A stretch of 64,000 bases of DNA from a candidate division FCPU426 bacterium (GTDB taxonomy: Bacteria; Oederibacteriota; Muellerivitia; Muellerivitales; Muellerivitaceae), in assembly GCA_963847625.1 (NCBI GenBank), contig CAWKAR010000027.1:64001-128000 (forward strand), in the 5' to 3' direction. Below are positions 33,984 to 46,082 of the stretch, piece by piece. The position numbers and the translations under genes are program-made. Every line of letters starts with the position of its first letter. Positions within the stretch are counted from its first letter, which is position 1. A model generated the notes under the pieces. That model made no database searches and was not told the DNA's origin. It was given only the letters and a program-made list of their open reading frames with translations.

Positions 33984-36900
33984 GTGACTCGGAAATCGAT
34001 ATTTTTTTTAGCGGTTAGTTTATTTGGAAGCGCTTCCAGTATTTTAGCTGGAACCGCCACTATTGATTCAACAACGACCAACCAATTTATCCGCGGATTT
34101 GGCGCTTCCAGCGCTTGGCATACCAGCGCCTATACCACGGCTCAGGCGACCATATTTTGGGATGACACCACCATGAACGGAAGCAGCCCGGCGGGTATCG
34201 GGCTTTCCATGCTCCGCTGCCGCATCCCACCGGACGGATCAACCGGTGAAATAGCTGTGATGACGCAGGCCAAGGGCTTGGGTTGCACCCAAATATGGGC
34301 CACCGAGTGGTCCGCTCCCGCCTCCATGAAAGACAATGACAACTTGGACAACGGCGGGGCCCTTCTTACCGGCAGTTACGCCGCTTACGCTCAATACCTG
34401 CTCAATTACGCCAAGACGTGCGAAAGCAACGGCATTACCCTGATGTGCATTTCCCCCCAAAACGAACCGGATATGGATGTGAGTTATGAATCCGGCACTT
34501 GGACAGGCCAGCAATTCCACGATTTCGTCGCGCAGAGCATGGGGCCGACTTTTGTTGGCAACGCAACAAAAATTATGATTACCGAGACTTCCAAGAATGC
34601 CCTTTTGACTGCGGGTTGTGGCGTGACGGGGGATGCCACTTGCTCCCTGAGCGACGCCGCCGCGGCCACCTATATTTCCTACATCGGCACCCATCTTTAT
34701 GGTTCCGGGCCCATGTCTTTTACCCAACTCCAACAAAATCCCCCCTCGGGATGGACGCGGGAATATTGGGAAACCGAAATGATGGAATACAACAGCGGCG
34801 CAGCCTCCGACGATACGATGACGGACGGTTTGATACAAGCAGGATTGATCCACAAATCCTTGGCGGATTCCGGCATGAACGCCTATCATTTTTGGTGGTT
34901 AGTTTGTGAAAACAGCAATACCAACCAGGGCCTCATCGACTACGATGGCACGACCGTGCCCAAGAGGACTTGGTGCATGGGCAATTGGAGCAGATTTGTC
35001 CGCCCTGGGTACTATCGGATGGGTGCCACCGAGGTGCCCACTTCTGGTGTCACAGTATCCGCCTATAAAAACAATTCCAGTACCTCACCGGCCACTGTCG
35101 TCATAGTGGCTATCAATGGAAGTACCGCGGCAGTGCCACAAACCTTTACCTTTAACGGTGTTACCGTCACTTCCGTCACCCCTTGGTTGACCGATTCCAG
35201 TAACAACCTAACCCAGCAGACAGCGGTGGCAGTATCGGGAAACAGCTTTTCCTACTCCTTGCCGGCATCCAGCGTTTGTTCTTTCGTTGGTGCCACGTCA
35301 TCTGCCGGTTCACCGGTTCCCACGAATACTTTCACTTGGACCCCTACCCGTACCAACACGCCCACTCCTACAGCCACGACAGTACCACCCAAAATCACCT
35401 TAACCAAAACCACGGGTGGACCCACCTCCAATTATTCGGATAATGGGCCCATCACGATGTTCCTGAATGTTTGCAACGGGTCGGGGTCGGTAACGGCCAA
35501 TTCGGTCACGGTTACGGACAGCATTACGAATCCCTTGGGGTGGTCTTTCGAAGGGCCCGGGTATAGTCAATGGACCGTGACGGTGTCGGGGGCGGCGGTG
35601 ACAATCAATCCTACAAGTACAGCCTATCCGAACCTGAGCTGGGTGGTAAGCAACCTGCCAGGGGGCGCCTGCGTGCCAGTCACCTTCATCGTGGGTTCCT
35701 ATAGCGTCAACTCGAGCGATTATTGCAATGTTGTCACCGACGCGGGGATAGCTAATTGGTCAGGCGGGGGCCCGGTGACCAGCAACAGCATTTCCATTTC
35801 GGTCGTATGCACCACCGGGAGCACCGCGACCAACACTCCCACGAGGACCTTAACTCCAACCCCCACTAATACTTCGACGAATACCCGGACAAACACCGTA
35901 ACAGGCACGCCTACCTCCACCCCGACCCGGACGAATTCGCCGACCATTACGTTCACGACTGTACCCACAAATACCCCGACCAACACGGCCACGAATACGG
36001 CGACAGCCACCTCCACTGCGACCCGGACGAACTCTCCGACCAATACATTCACGACTCTTCCCACGAACACTTCAACCAATACTCCCACACTAACCCCAAC
36101 CCGGACGAACACGGCGACCAATACGTTCACGGCTGTACCCACGAATACCCCAACCAACACGGCCACGAGTACGGCGACAGCCACTCCCACCCCAACCCGA
36201 ACGAACTCACCGACCAGCACACTTACAAATACGCCGACGAATACGCCCACGAATACGGCGACCGTCACACCCACCGCAACGAGGACAAATTCGCCTACTA
36301 ATACAGTCACTCCCACGTCGACAAACACATCCGTGAATACGGCCACCTCCACATTCACCCCAACCAGAACGAACACACCCACCAGCACACTTACAAATAC
36401 GCCGACGAATACGCCCACGAATACGGCGACCGTCACACCCATCGCAACGAGGACAAATTCGCCCACTAATACAGTCACTCCTACGTCGACGAACACGTCC
36501 GTGAATACCGCCACGAATACGGCGACCTCCACATCAACCCCGACCAGAACGAACACACCCACCAGCACACTTACAAATACGCCGACGAATACGCCCACGA
36601 ATACGGCGACCGTCACACCCACCGCAACGAGGACAAATTCGCCTACTAATACAGTCACCCCTACGTCGACGAATACGTCCGTGAACACGCCAACGAACAC
36701 CTCTACGGCCACGAATACGGCGACCTCCACGTCAACCCCGACCAGGACGAATTCACCGACTGTTACGATCACTCCTACGTCGACGAACACGTCCATTTAC
36801 ACGTCAACGAACACCAATACGCCCACGAATACCTCTACTTCCACATCAACCCCAACCAGAACGAACACACCCACCAGCACACTTACAAATACGCCGACGA

Positions 36901-39900
36901 ATACGCCCACGAATACGGCGACCTCCTCATCAACCCCGACCAGAACGAATTCGCCGACCGTTACGGTCACGAGTACGTCGACGAATACGTCCATTTACAC
37001 GTCAACGAACACCTCTACGGCCACGAATACGGCGACCTCCACGTCAACCCCGACCAGGACGAACACACCCACCAGCACACTTACAAATACGCCGACGAAT
37101 ACGCCCACGAATACGGCGACCTCCTCATCAACCCCGACCAGAACGAATTCGCCGACCGTTACGATCACAAGTACGCCGACGAATACGTCCATTTACACGT
37201 CAACGAACACCAATACGCCAACGAATACGGCGACCTCCACAGCAACCCCGACCAGGACGAATTCCCCTACTAATACGACCACGCCTACGTCGACAAATAC
37301 GCCCACGAACACGGCGACCCTCACATCCACCCCAACCAGGACGAACACGCCGACCGTTACGATCACAAGCACGTCGACGAATACGTCCATTTACACGTCA
37401 ACGAACACCAATACGCCCACGAATACGGCGACCTCCACATCAACTCCGACCAGAACGAATTCGCCGACCGTTACGGTCACGAGTACGTCGACGAATACGT
37501 CCATTTACACGTCAACGAATACCAATACGCCCACGAATACGGCGACTCTCACACCAACCCCGACCAGAACGAACACGCCGACCGTTACGGTCACGAGTAC
37601 GTCGACGAATACGTCCATTTACACGTCAACGAATACCAATACGCCCACGAACACGGCGACGAGCACTTCCACCAGCACACGGACGAACACGCTCACCAGC
37701 ACGGCCACGAATACGCCGACAAATACACCCACGAATACGACGACCGCGACGAATACCCTAACCCGGACATCCACGCCCACGCTGACGAATACTCCCACGA
37801 ACACACCGACGAATACGCCCACAAATACGCCGACGAATACTTTAACCAGCACCCGGACGCCCACGCCGACGAATACACCTACGCCGACGATAACGTTCAC
37901 GGCGACCGATACCAGCACAGGGACTCAGTCGCCCACGCCCACTGCGACTAATACGCCCACGGTCACCCATACGCCTACAAACACTAATACTCTAACCCAG
38001 ACGAACACACCGACGCGGACCTCTACATCCACAGCCACACCCACGCCAACGAGTACATCCACGAATACTCCTACGAACACCCCGACGCGGACATTCACGT
38101 CCACAGCCACAAATACGCCGACGAATACGTCTGTTAACACGGCCACGGCCACACCCACGCCAACGAATACGTCCGTTAACACATCCACAAACACACCGAC
38201 GAGCACGTTGACGCGGACCTCCACGCCCACAGCCACACCCACGCTGACGAATACGCCCGTTAACACGCTTACTAACACCTCTACACCCACGCTGACGTAC
38301 ACGCCCACGAACACGCCGACGAATACGTCCACGAACACACCCACGAACACTCCGACACGGACCTCCACAGCCACAAACACGCCGACGAATACGCCCACGA
38401 ACACGCCGACGAATACTTTAACCAGCACCAGGACGAATACGCCGACGAATACACCTACGCCGACGATAACGTCCACGGCGACCGATACCAGCACAGGGAC
38501 TCAGTCGCCCACGCCCACGGTGACCAATACGCCCACGGTCACTAATACGCCGACCCATACCGCGACACCCACACTGACGAGTACGGCTACCTCTACGCCG
38601 ACACTGACGGTGACGCTCACATCGACACGGACGCCGACATCCACGTCTACAAACACACCGACCAACACGGCAACGAATACGCCAACGTCGACCGGAACAA
38701 GCACAGCAACGAGGACGCCGACTTCCACATCCACATCGACTCCGACGATAACGCTGACGTCGACCCCGACAGTGACAATTACGCCGACGAACACGCCGAC
38801 GCGGACCTCCACGTCCACAGCCACAAACATGCCGACGAATACACCCACCAATACGCCGACGAATACTTTAACCAGCACCAGGACTCCCACGCCGACGAAT
38901 ACACCTACGCCGACGGTAACGTCCACGGCGACCGATACCAGCACAGGGACTCAGTCGCCCACGCCCACGGCGACTAATACGCCCACGGTCACCAATACAC
39001 CGACCTATACAGCGACATCCACGGCGACGAGTACGCCCACGGTCACCAATACGCCGACCCGCACACCTACCAACACGCCCACGCCCACAAACACCAATAC
39101 CCCGACCCCGACTTACACCTCCACGCCGACGCCCACCCCAACGCCGACTAACACAGCTACTTCCACCCCGACGCCCACGAGCACGTCCACGAATGTTCCC
39201 ACGAATACGTTTACTCCGACATCCACCCCCACTCCGACTGTCACGTCAACCCCGACTCCAACACCTGTGACCTTGCAAGTTTCGCAGGGTACTTCACCCC
39301 CTCCAAATACGAGCCAGGTACCCGGGGCATCGGCTGTGACGGTGCAACAGGTTCTAGTGTCAAATCCAAGCAACAACCCGGTGACACTCACCAGCCTCGT
39401 TTTGACGGATACGAGTACGTCGGGGAATCCTTCCACGGACATCACATCGGTGACGGTGTATGAGAATGGGGTGTCGGTTACCAGCGCGACGTTTAGCGGG
39501 CCATCGGTGACGCTCAATTTGAACAATACTGTTGTGCCGGGGAATGGGAGTGTAACATTCGAGATTGCGGCCGCGATTTCAACCACGGCCATTGGGACAG
39601 ACACGGACTCATTCAGCGTAACGGGTATAACCGGGACCAACGGGCAGTCCACCCATTCCAACGGGTTACCAGTCCAAGGGGCGGTGGTTACGATCGAGGC
39701 TCCAACCGCGACGGCGACGTCCACATATACGAGGACATCCTCCCCCACGGCGACTCCGGTTGGGAAAAATGGAGTGGTTGTATATCCAAATCCGGTGAGC
39801 GGCCCGGGTCCGGTGACGATCCAGGTTAATTTGACCCAAAAGGAATCGCTTGTTCGGGTGGAGATCTTCACGCTGGCTTTCCGGAAGGTAAATGAGATTG

Positions 39901-40046
39901 ATCTGACCCAAGTGCCGGCGGGGATTACCAGTGTGACCATCCCCCTGAAGGACAAGGAAGGAATCCCCCTGGCCAACGGCCTCTACTACATAATTGTCCA
40001 AACGCCCCAGGGCCGCCTCGTTGCGAAACTCCTCGTTTTGCGTTGA
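33984..40046 (+). CDS. Glycoside hydrolase family 30 (xylanase-like) + DUF11-like domain + ~1150-aa Thr stalk + Ig-like domain + sorting-like CTD
   Basis: [52 protein letters not shown]. Confidence 0.87.
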   Translation: MTRKSIFFLAVSLFGSASSILAGTATIDSTTTNQFIRGFGASSAWHTSAYTTAQATIFWDDTTMNGSSPAGIGLSMLRCRIPPDGSTGEIAVMTQAKGLGCTQIWATEWSAPASMKDNDNLDNGGALLTGSYAAYAQYLLNYAKTCESNGITLMCISPQNEPDMDVSYESGTWTGQQFHDFVAQSMGPTFVGNATKIMITETSKNALLTAGCGVTGDATCSLSDAAAATYISYIGTHLYGSGPMSFTQLQQNPPSGWTREYWETEMMEYNSGAASDDTMTDGLIQAGLIHKSLADSGMNAYHFWWLVCENSNTNQGLIDYDGTTVPKRTWCMGNWSRFVRPGYYRMGATEVPTSGVTVSAYKNNSSTSPATVVIVAINGSTAAVPQTFTFNGVTVTSVTPWLTDSSNNLTQQTAVAVSGNSFSYSLPASSVCSFVGATSSAGSPVPTNTFTWTPTRTNTPTPTATTVPPKITLTKTTGGPTSNYSDNGPITMFLNVCNGSGSVTANSVTVTDSITNPLGWSFEGPGYSQWTVTVSGAAVTINPTSTAYPNLSWVVSNLPGGACVPVTFIVGSYSVNSSDYCNVVTDAGIANWSGGGPVTSNSISISVVCTTGSTATNTPTRTLTPTPTNTSTNTRTNTVTGTPTSTPTRTNSPTITFTTVPTNTPTNTATNTATATSTATRTNSPTNTFTTLPTNTSTNTPTLTPTRTNTATNTFTAVPTNTPTNTATSTATATPTPTRTNSPTSTLTNTPTNTPTNTATVTPTATRTNSPTNTVTPTSTNTSVNTATSTFTPTRTNTPTSTLTNTPTNTPTNTATVTPIATRTNSPTNTVTPTSTNTSVNTATNTATSTSTPTRTNTPTSTLTNTPTNTPTNTATVTPTATRTNSPTNTVTPTSTNTSVNTPTNTSTATNTATSTSTPTRTNSPTVTITPTSTNTSIYTSTNTNTPTNTSTSTSTPTRTNTPTSTLTNTPTNTPTNTATSSSTPTRTNSPTVTVTSTSTNTSIYTSTNTSTATNTATSTSTPTRTNTPTSTLTNTPTNTPTNTATSSSTPTRTNSPTVTITSTPTNTSIYTSTNTNTPTNTATSTATPTRTNSPTNTTTPTSTNTPTNTATLTSTPTRTNTPTVTITSTSTNTSIYTSTNTNTPTNTATSTSTPTRTNSPTVTVTSTSTNTSIYTSTNTNTPTNTATLTPTPTRTNTPTVTVTSTSTNTSIYTSTNTNTPTNTATSTSTSTRTNTLTSTATNTPTNTPTNTTTATNTLTRTSTPTLTNTPTNTPTNTPTNTPTNTLTSTRTPTPTNTPTPTITFTATDTSTGTQSPTPTATNTPTVTHTPTNTNTLTQTNTPTRTSTSTATPTPTSTSTNTPTNTPTRTFTSTATNTPTNTSVNTATATPTPTNTSVNTSTNTPTSTLTRTSTPTATPTLTNTPVNTLTNTSTPTLTYTPTNTPTNTSTNTPTNTPTRTSTATNTPTNTPTNTPTNTLTSTRTNTPTNTPTPTITSTATDTSTGTQSPTPTVTNTPTVTNTPTHTATPTLTSTATSTPTLTVTLTSTRTPTSTSTNTPTNTATNTPTSTGTSTATRTPTSTSTSTPTITLTSTPTVTITPTNTPTRTSTSTATNMPTNTPTNTPTNTLTSTRTPTPTNTPTPTVTSTATDTSTGTQSPTPTATNTPTVTNTPTYTATSTATSTPTVTNTPTRTPTNTPTPTNTNTPTPTYTSTPTPTPTPTNTATSTPTPTSTSTNVPTNTFTPTSTPTPTVTSTPTPTPVTLQVSQGTSPPPNTSQVPGASAVTVQQVLVSNPSNNPVTLTSLVLTDTSTSGNPSTDITSVTVYENGVSVTSATFSGPSVTLNLNNTVVPGNGSVTFEIAAAISTTAIGTDTDSFSVTGITGTNGQSTHSNGLPVQGAVVTIEAPTATATSTYTRTSSPTATPVGKNGVVVYPNPVSGPGPVTIQVNLTQKESLVRVEIFTLAFRKVNEIDLTQVPAGITSVTIPLKDKEGIPLANGLYYIIVQTPQGRLVAKLLVLR

Positions 40047-40316
40047 GATATTTCTACTGCTTTCGGTTTGTTGCCGGGATCCCTCCTGAAAATCAAAAAT
40101 TCACTGGTATAATTCATCCTAAATTTCGGATGAGTATTTGGTTTCAACGAATAGGGCAAAGAAATTCAAAATAAGGGTGAAATGTCTTTTAATTCCTTTC
40201 TTAAACTGGTTTTTTATTGTTTTGTTTGAAAAGCCGAAGGACATCCGTTGTGGTAAGCTATTGCCTTCAAATAGCATATTAATTTGATATATCTTTTTTA
40301 AGAGGGAGTACCAATC

Positions 40317-41177
40317 ATGAAAAAAGCACTCATGCTTTCGCCCTTATGGTTTGTGGCCGCACTCGCTTGGGGCGCCCTGACACCCGTGCAAATCCAGGAG
40401 GTTACACAGGAATGGGTCAACCAGCACAACTCAAAACTTACTTTAAAAATCGATAACTTTACTCAGGGCACCAAGGCGCACCGTCATGCCTTGTCCCTCA
40501 TTTCTCTCCGAAGGCCGTCCTGTCCGATGAAACAAATTTCAATAAAGCGGGCGGAAGGTCTCGCTATTCCATCTGAAAAAGATTTCTCAAACGGGCTTTC
40601 AGTGGGTTTGTCAGCCCTTTACAGTGTTCAAGGCGGCGGGGCTTCCTTTCTCATCGCCGATTACACGGACGAATACGACGATGTACTATCCTCCTCGGAT
40701 ATCTATTTAAAGATCGGTCTCCAGTATCATCTACTTTTCCAGGGGAAGGGATACCGGGCCAGCGCCAGGATCATCGGTCTAGGAAAAGATTCCCCGGTTT
40801 TCATGGAAGTCGACGAATACGGCGGAGGCAGCCAATGTATGAAGACCCTTTACCGGTTGAAACCCGACTCGATCAAGGCAATGCCCCAAGACATTTACGA
40901 CCACGTGTTGAATCTGGATCCGAATGATTATGTCGAAAAGGTTCTGCAGCTCAATGTCTTGCTGGAGGGTTTCACGCTTTATCAGGATGTGGACCATGAC
41001 GGCTCATTGGAAATTCTCAATGGCACCCGGGTTGATTATCCGGGAGATTTGAAAACCAAGCTTAAAACCACTTACGGCCTGACCGATAACGACCTGGGAT
41101 GCCTTTCCCTGAAGACCATTTCGGTATACAAGTGGGATGGTTCCAAATTCACGGACCTCGGGGATTATTATTTTTGA
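40317..41177 (+). CDS. Hypothetical secreted protein
   Basis: GAGGGAG RBS; signal peptide; DVDHDGSLEI (FG-GAP-like Ca-binding loop); YKWDGSKF near the C-terminus. Confidence 0.7.
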   Translation: MKKALMLSPLWFVAALAWGALTPVQIQEVTQEWVNQHNSKLTLKIDNFTQGTKAHRHALSLISLRRPSCPMKQISIKRAEGLAIPSEKDFSNGLSVGLSALYSVQGGGASFLIADYTDEYDDVLSSSDIYLKIGLQYHLLFQGKGYRASARIIGLGKDSPVFMEVDEYGGGSQCMKTLYRLKPDSIKAMPQDIYDHVLNLDPNDYVEKVLQLNVLLEGFTLYQDVDHDGSLEILNGTRVDYPGDLKTKLKTTYGLTDNDLGCLSLKTISVYKWDGSKFTDLGDYYF

Positions 41178-41198
41178 GGAGCAGGTTGACGCCCTGTT

Positions 41199-42683
41199 TT
41201 GTTTTTTTCTCTCAATCGCATGATAAAAACTGTTGAAATGAGTTTTTCCACGGAAGCAAGCGGCGCCGTTCCATCCCCCTTCCACCGTATTAAGCGGTGC
41301 GCATTAATCACTTTCATTTTCCTCACCCCCGCCATTCTTCAAGCCTATCAGATTCTTTTTTATTACAACGGGTTGGACAAACCCGGTTCCGCCGTTCTCC
41401 AATGCGCCGATCTACTTCGGAAAGCCGGGAATCAAGTAACAGTAATCGACGTGGGCGGGGTTAACCGAAACCCCAAGATTGATTCTTGGGGCCCCCCTTA
41501 TGACCAGGTTTGGGACATGCGGTTTGTAGAAAGTGACAAAACAACATGCGGCAAGGGATCACCTGTCGAAGCGGATTATTTCGATAAAAGATGGCGCGTC
41601 AAGGCCGAGGATTACCTGAGCCGTTGCGGACGGCTATTTATCGCGGGGGAACATTATCAGTTGGCCGATCGCAATGAGGGCTTATACCGATTTCTCAAGG
41701 AAATTCAGGCGGTCAAGAGGGGTTACGACGATTGCCCTCCCTCGCGCAATGGAAACAGCTCCACGGATTTGGAGGCTTTTTACCCCGTTCGAGGCGATTT
41801 GGGACCTGTTTCCTTTTTTGGCGCCTATGTGGGCGGTATTCCCGTGGCTTTACTGAATGGAACGAGCTTCGTGGACACCCAGGTTGGTTGGCAGGATGAC
41901 GATGGGGTGGAAAGATCGGTTGTATCCGGGTGGGAAGGCGATCAACTGAAAGGAGCGGTCCACTCACCTCCTTGCGCCAGGGGAAAACTATTCATGGTCT
42001 GGGACGCCTCCATGTGGACCCTTGAGGCGTTGCCGGCGGTAGCCGGGAGTGATAAGAGGAACTCGCCGATTTGGAACGAGTCATCCTGGTTTTCCTGGAA
42101 TTCAAAGAAGAATAAAACAACCGTTCGGGATATCAAAAAGGCCAAAGAGGCCACGGAAAAATTCTTTACAGCCGCCGCCCATTGGCTGGGAAGCGGGAAA
42201 TGCCCCTGCGAAGCACCCGCGGAAATGTCTGCTTCCGATGAAACGGCAAGTAAGGAGCGTATGCCTTTGGCCTTGAAGCAGGGGATCACACGCAATCAGG
42301 GGCCTAATACAATAGTTGGGAATATACTCCAACCGTTAAGACATAATTCAACCCCCCCGGGGATACAGACCACTTTTCAAAAGCCAACCGCTTCCCCTGC
42401 TGCGCCTCAAACCATTGTCTTCAACACACCACCCGTTTACATTTATATGAGATTCAAAGACGGGCCCGGCGAATACAAATTGGATATTTTCGATTCCCGG
42501 GGAAATCACGTACGGGTTTTGTTCGACCAAACCATTAATCAACAAACGGAGGAATGGGCCAGTTGGAATGGCGTAAATGAAACGGGTCAACTCATGCCGC
42601 AAGGGAATTACACCGCCGTTTTCACAAAGGATGGGCGTGCCTTAAGGAAAATCACCCTTATTTGGGTGTTGCCAGGCCGGTAA
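41199..42683 (+). CDS. Hypothetical secreted protein with C-terminal FlgD-like Ig domain (start uncertain)
   Basis: Long ORF; hydrophobic stretch ending LQA-Y; KLDIFDSRGNHVRVL...WNGVNETGQLMPQGNY. Confidence 0.7.
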   Translation: MFFSLNRMIKTVEMSFSTEASGAVPSPFHRIKRCALITFIFLTPAILQAYQILFYYNGLDKPGSAVLQCADLLRKAGNQVTVIDVGGVNRNPKIDSWGPPYDQVWDMRFVESDKTTCGKGSPVEADYFDKRWRVKAEDYLSRCGRLFIAGEHYQLADRNEGLYRFLKEIQAVKRGYDDCPPSRNGNSSTDLEAFYPVRGDLGPVSFFGAYVGGIPVALLNGTSFVDTQVGWQDDDGVERSVVSGWEGDQLKGAVHSPPCARGKLFMVWDASMWTLEALPAVAGSDKRNSPIWNESSWFSWNSKKNKTTVRDIKKAKEATEKFFTAAAHWLGSGKCPCEAPAEMSASDETASKERMPLALKQGITRNQGPNTIVGNILQPLRHNSTPPGIQTTFQKPTASPAAPQTIVFNTPPVYIYMRFKDGPGEYKLDIFDSRGNHVRVLFDQTINQQTEEWASWNGVNETGQLMPQGNYTAVFTKDGRALRKITLIWVLPGR

Positions 42684-42894
42684 GCTGTTGAATCAAAAAG
42701 GTGAATTTAGGGGAAGAATTTTAAAATGATTGATGTTATGAAATTCCTCCTTTTTATCGTTTCCAATCGTTTAACCCAATAAAACAATTACCCACTAGCC
42801 TCGTTTTTAAGAAACTTTCAACCTATAATAAACTTCGTTTCTTAGGGTTGATGAGATCCGGCTGAAATCGGATGGCTTCATTAAAGGCAGAATC

Positions 42895-43959
42895 ATGGCA
42901 ACCTTTTCTTCTGTAAAAAGACGCGCTTCCTCCCTCAAGGTCACCCTCTTTTTTTCCCTATTCCTCATCATGTGGTCAGTGCTCGCGGGACGGTTGGTTT
43001 GGTTTCGAACCCGTGATTTCAAGATTTCGCTGATCGTTTTCGGAGTTTCCGCGGCGGTTTTGGGTACCGGGTGGTTTTTACTGCAATGGCAATCCAGGGT
43101 GACCTGGTTATGCCGCCTGCAGATGATTTTACACAAGGCAGGGGCCCTTCCCAGCGACTATCGTTTCATCGACGACGCCATGCCTTGGAATGTCAATAAA
43201 AAAACGCAGGATGTGGTCAATATCGCCGAGCAGGTAGTGCAGGAAAACATCAAAAGCCTTGCCGCCAACCGGCACGCCTTGGACAAGTACCTGGGGTCCC
43301 AGGCTTCCCGCCACGCCATCCAAGGAGCAGGTACCGGCTTCGGCGGGCAGATGCAGTCGGTTTTCATCCTTTTCTCGGATATCCGCGGCTTCACCCAAAT
43401 GACCGAGCTTTTGACATCGCAGGAAACCATGCGGGTGTTGAACCAGATTTTTTCAGCCCTGGCGATGGCGGTCGAGCACCAGGGCGGGGAAATCAATAAA
43501 TTCATCGGGGACGCCATCCTGGTTTATTTCCACAGATCCCCGGAAAACGAGCGGAAGGAAGCCGAAAAAGTCGTCCGGGCCGCCCTGGAAATGCAGGAAA
43601 AATTTAGGGTGGTCACCACCAACAACAACGATTTGAAAGCCAGAAACGTGAGTATCGGGCTTGGAATCGGCATTGTGGCCGGGCAGGCCATCATGGGCAA
43701 CCTCGGCTCGCGCAACCGCATGGAATTCACCTTGATCGGGAACTCGGTCAACCTGGCTTCCCGCCTTTGCAGCATCGCGCCCCAGGATGAAATCCTCGTG
43801 GACGAGGAACTGGCCATGCTGGTCAACGACAAGTTCCATATCGAGTCAAGGCTTCCGGTGCAATTGAAGGGCAAGAAGGAAAAGACCACTCCCTATTGCA
43901 TCTTGGGCGATTTGACCAATAGGGATGACATCCGGATGGCCTCTGAATATCAGATCTAA
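42895..43959 (+). CDS. Membrane-anchored class III adenylate/guanylate cyclase
   Basis: Two N-terminal TM segments; LFSDIRGFT, KFIGDA, GNLGS..RMEFTLIGNSVNLASRL; K/T specificity residues suggest an adenylate cyclase. Confidence 0.92.
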   Translation: MATFSSVKRRASSLKVTLFFSLFLIMWSVLAGRLVWFRTRDFKISLIVFGVSAAVLGTGWFLLQWQSRVTWLCRLQMILHKAGALPSDYRFIDDAMPWNVNKKTQDVVNIAEQVVQENIKSLAANRHALDKYLGSQASRHAIQGAGTGFGGQMQSVFILFSDIRGFTQMTELLTSQETMRVLNQIFSALAMAVEHQGGEINKFIGDAILVYFHRSPENERKEAEKVVRAALEMQEKFRVVTTNNNDLKARNVSIGLGIGIVAGQAIMGNLGSRNRMEFTLIGNSVNLASRLCSIAPQDEILVDEELAMLVNDKFHIESRLPVQLKGKKEKTTPYCILGDLTNRDDIRMASEYQI

Positions 43960-44107
43960 CCCGGTTTTTCAGAAGTGTATTGCGCGGTTCCAGGAATAAT
44001 CATACCCCCTTGATTTCCAAGTCCATCCGTTACTACCATTCCTTTCAGGTAATCATTCCTAACACCTATTGCCGAGATAGGGTTCCGGCATATCAAAAAG
44101 GGGAGCC

Positions 44108-44599
44108 ATGACAGTTTATGATTACAAGGCCAAGGCCATCGATGGAAGGGAACAATCCCTGGAAGAGTATAAGGGAAAAGTGCTTCTGGTCGTAAATGTG
44201 GCCAGCCGTTGCGGATTTACCCCCCAATATAAGGGCCTGGAGAATCTTTACAGGAAATTCAAGGACCGGGGTTTCGAGGTTCTGGGCTTCCCCTGCAACC
44301 AGTTCGGCGCCCAGGAGCCGGGCAACGAGGAGGAGATCAAGAGTTTTTGCGACCTCAACTTCGGGGTCACTTTTCTCCTCTTTTCCAAGATCGACGTGAA
44401 CGGCGATAACGCCCATCCCCTATATAAATTCCTCGCGGACTCCCAACCGGGCATCCTGGGCACCAAGGCCATCAAATGGAACTTCACGAAATTCCTCATC
44501 GACCGCGATGGAAACCCGGTGAAACGGTTCGCCCCCGCGGACAAACCCGAGTCCCTCGAAAAAGACATCGAGGGTTTATTGATCCGGGACGGCCTGTGA
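44108..44599 (+). CDS. btuE: Glutathione peroxidase (Cys type)
   Basis: VNVASRCGFTPQY, GFPCNQFGAQEPG, KWNFTKFLIDR. Confidence 0.93.
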   Translation: MTVYDYKAKAIDGREQSLEEYKGKVLLVVNVASRCGFTPQYKGLENLYRKFKDRGFEVLGFPCNQFGAQEPGNEEEIKSFCDLNFGVTFLLFSKIDVNGDNAHPLYKFLADSQPGILGTKAIKWNFTKFLIDRDGNPVKRFAPADKPESLEKDIEGLLIRDGL

Positions 44600-44695
44600 A
44601 AGTGGAAGCCATCCGGCGTGTTTTTCGTTACCGCCCCGCATAAAATTCCCGTTCGCTTTAAAACCCAAAACCACATACGGCTGTGATAGCGCTGA

Positions 44696-44726
44696 AATTT
44701 TGTGAGAAGTTCTAAATCGCAAAATT
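44696..44726. promoter_or_regulatory. Inverted repeat, candidate enhancer for a sigma54 activator
   Basis: AATTTTGTGA-N11-TCGCAAAATT, about 100 bp upstream of the -24/-12 site. Confidence 0.4.
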
Positions 44727-44823
44727 CGATCAATAACGTATTAATCTACAAAATTGTCCAAAAAATTTTTTGATTTTAAGATTCTCCGAATACTTTTCCC
44801 GTTTTTCCCGACACTTTCAAAAC

Positions 44824-44839
44824 TGGCATAAGCCTTGCT
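44824..44839 (+). promoter_or_regulatory. Sigma54 (-24/-12) promoter
   Basis: TGGCAT-AAGCC-TTGCT matches the TGGCAC-N5-TTGCW consensus; lies upstream of the porin and P-II genes. Confidence 0.75.
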
Positions 44840-44927
44840 TTATTTTTTGGAAAATTCATGGATAGTCCCGGATTTCCGAGGAAAGAGGGAATTGGTTGAG
44901 GAGGTTTTTATTTTTAAGGAGGACGAA

Positions 44928-46067
44928 ATGAGAAGGTTGACCAAGCGGTTCAGTTTCCTAGCCTCGTTCGTTTTCGCGGGTACGCTGTCGCCGGTATTGG
45001 CACAAACGGCAATCACGCCATCCCCGACGCCCGCGGGCCCTACAGTCACGGTGGACGGCTTGGTGGATGCTTATTACAACTACAATTTCACCAATTCGGC
45101 GCACTCGTTGAACGGCCATGGGAACGGGCCCCTCTACTCCTTCAACCAAGCGGATAACTCCTATACCTTGGGGTTGGCCGAGGCTTCCTTGACGGCAACC
45201 CAGGGAACAGGCAGCGCCCATTTGACTTTGGCCTATGGGGAGACGGCGAGTCTCCTGGGCCAAGCCGCCACCGTGCTGGGCGGGGCCCCCGCGCCCGATC
45301 ATTTCTTCGTGGAGCAGGCTTACGTTTCCTATACGGCGGGCCTGTGGACGTTCAATATCGGGAAATTCGTCACTTGGATGAGTAATGAAGTGATCGAAAG
45401 CAAAAGCAACTGGAACTACAGCCGCTCCTTGCTTTACTACTATACCGGCATTTTCCACACGGGATTGAGCCTTGGATACGCCCCTTCCACGGTCTTTAGC
45501 GTCACCGGCTATGCGGTCAATGGCTGGAACAACGATTCCGCCGACAACATCGCGGGGGAAAAGACATATGGGTTACAGGCGTCCATCAAGCCGGATGCCG
45601 CTTGGAGCTTCGTTTTGAACGGCAGCGCCGGGCCCAACCCTTTTTCCGCCACGGATGGAAGCACGAACCTATTGGGGGAGGCCATCCTATCCTGCAACGC
45701 GACGGATAAGTTGTCCTTTGCCCTGGACTCTGAATACGACAGCCAGGCCCTGGCCCAGAAGGGCGCGATCGGAATTTTGGGCGTCGCCCTCTATGGCCGC
45801 TACCAGATTCAAGGCGACTGGGCCGCCGCCCTGCGGTTGGAAGAGTTGAGCGACGACCATGGCGGATCTCCGGCGGTCAGCTCGGAGGTTCGAGAAGCCA
45901 CTTTGACCCTCGAGCATAACCTGACCCCCAATACGCTATTGAGGTTGGAAGGCCGTTATGACTATGCTTTGGCCGGGGGTGCGATCCTGCCGGCCGGGTC
46001 CGGGCCCTATGCCGCCGGCGATCCCGACCAGCTTACGGGCACGTTTTCAACTGTGTTCAGCTTCTAG
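44928..46067 (+). CDS. Outer-membrane beta-barrel porin (BBP2/OmpL-like)
   Basis: AAGGAGG RBS; signal peptide; GLVDAYYNYNF, EQAYVSY, GKFVTWMSNEVIES..NWNYSRSLLY, LRLEGRYD; terminal Phe. Confidence 0.8.
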   Translation: MRRLTKRFSFLASFVFAGTLSPVLAQTAITPSPTPAGPTVTVDGLVDAYYNYNFTNSAHSLNGHGNGPLYSFNQADNSYTLGLAEASLTATQGTGSAHLTLAYGETASLLGQAATVLGGAPAPDHFFVEQAYVSYTAGLWTFNIGKFVTWMSNEVIESKSNWNYSRSLLYYYTGIFHTGLSLGYAPSTVFSVTGYAVNGWNNDSADNIAGEKTYGLQASIKPDAAWSFVLNGSAGPNPFSATDGSTNLLGEAILSCNATDKLSFALDSEYDSQALAQKGAIGILGVALYGRYQIQGDWAAALRLEELSDDHGGSPAVSSEVREATLTLEHNLTPNTLLRLEGRYDYALAGGAILPAGSGPYAAGDPDQLTGTFSTVFSF

Positions 46068-46082
46068 GTTTTGGAGGGGGCC

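Noticed and set aside
13997..39976. Many Val/Gly-rich minus-strand ORFs
   Set aside because: They are shadows of ACN (Thr) codon repeats on the plus strand, with no independent coding signal.
12780..40046. Cellulosome or SusC/SusD PUL
   Set aside because: No dockerin/cohesin repeats and no SusD; the receptor is short and BtuB-like rather than SusC-like.
44108..44599. Selenocysteine in glutathione peroxidase
   Set aside because: The active-site codon is TGC (Cys).
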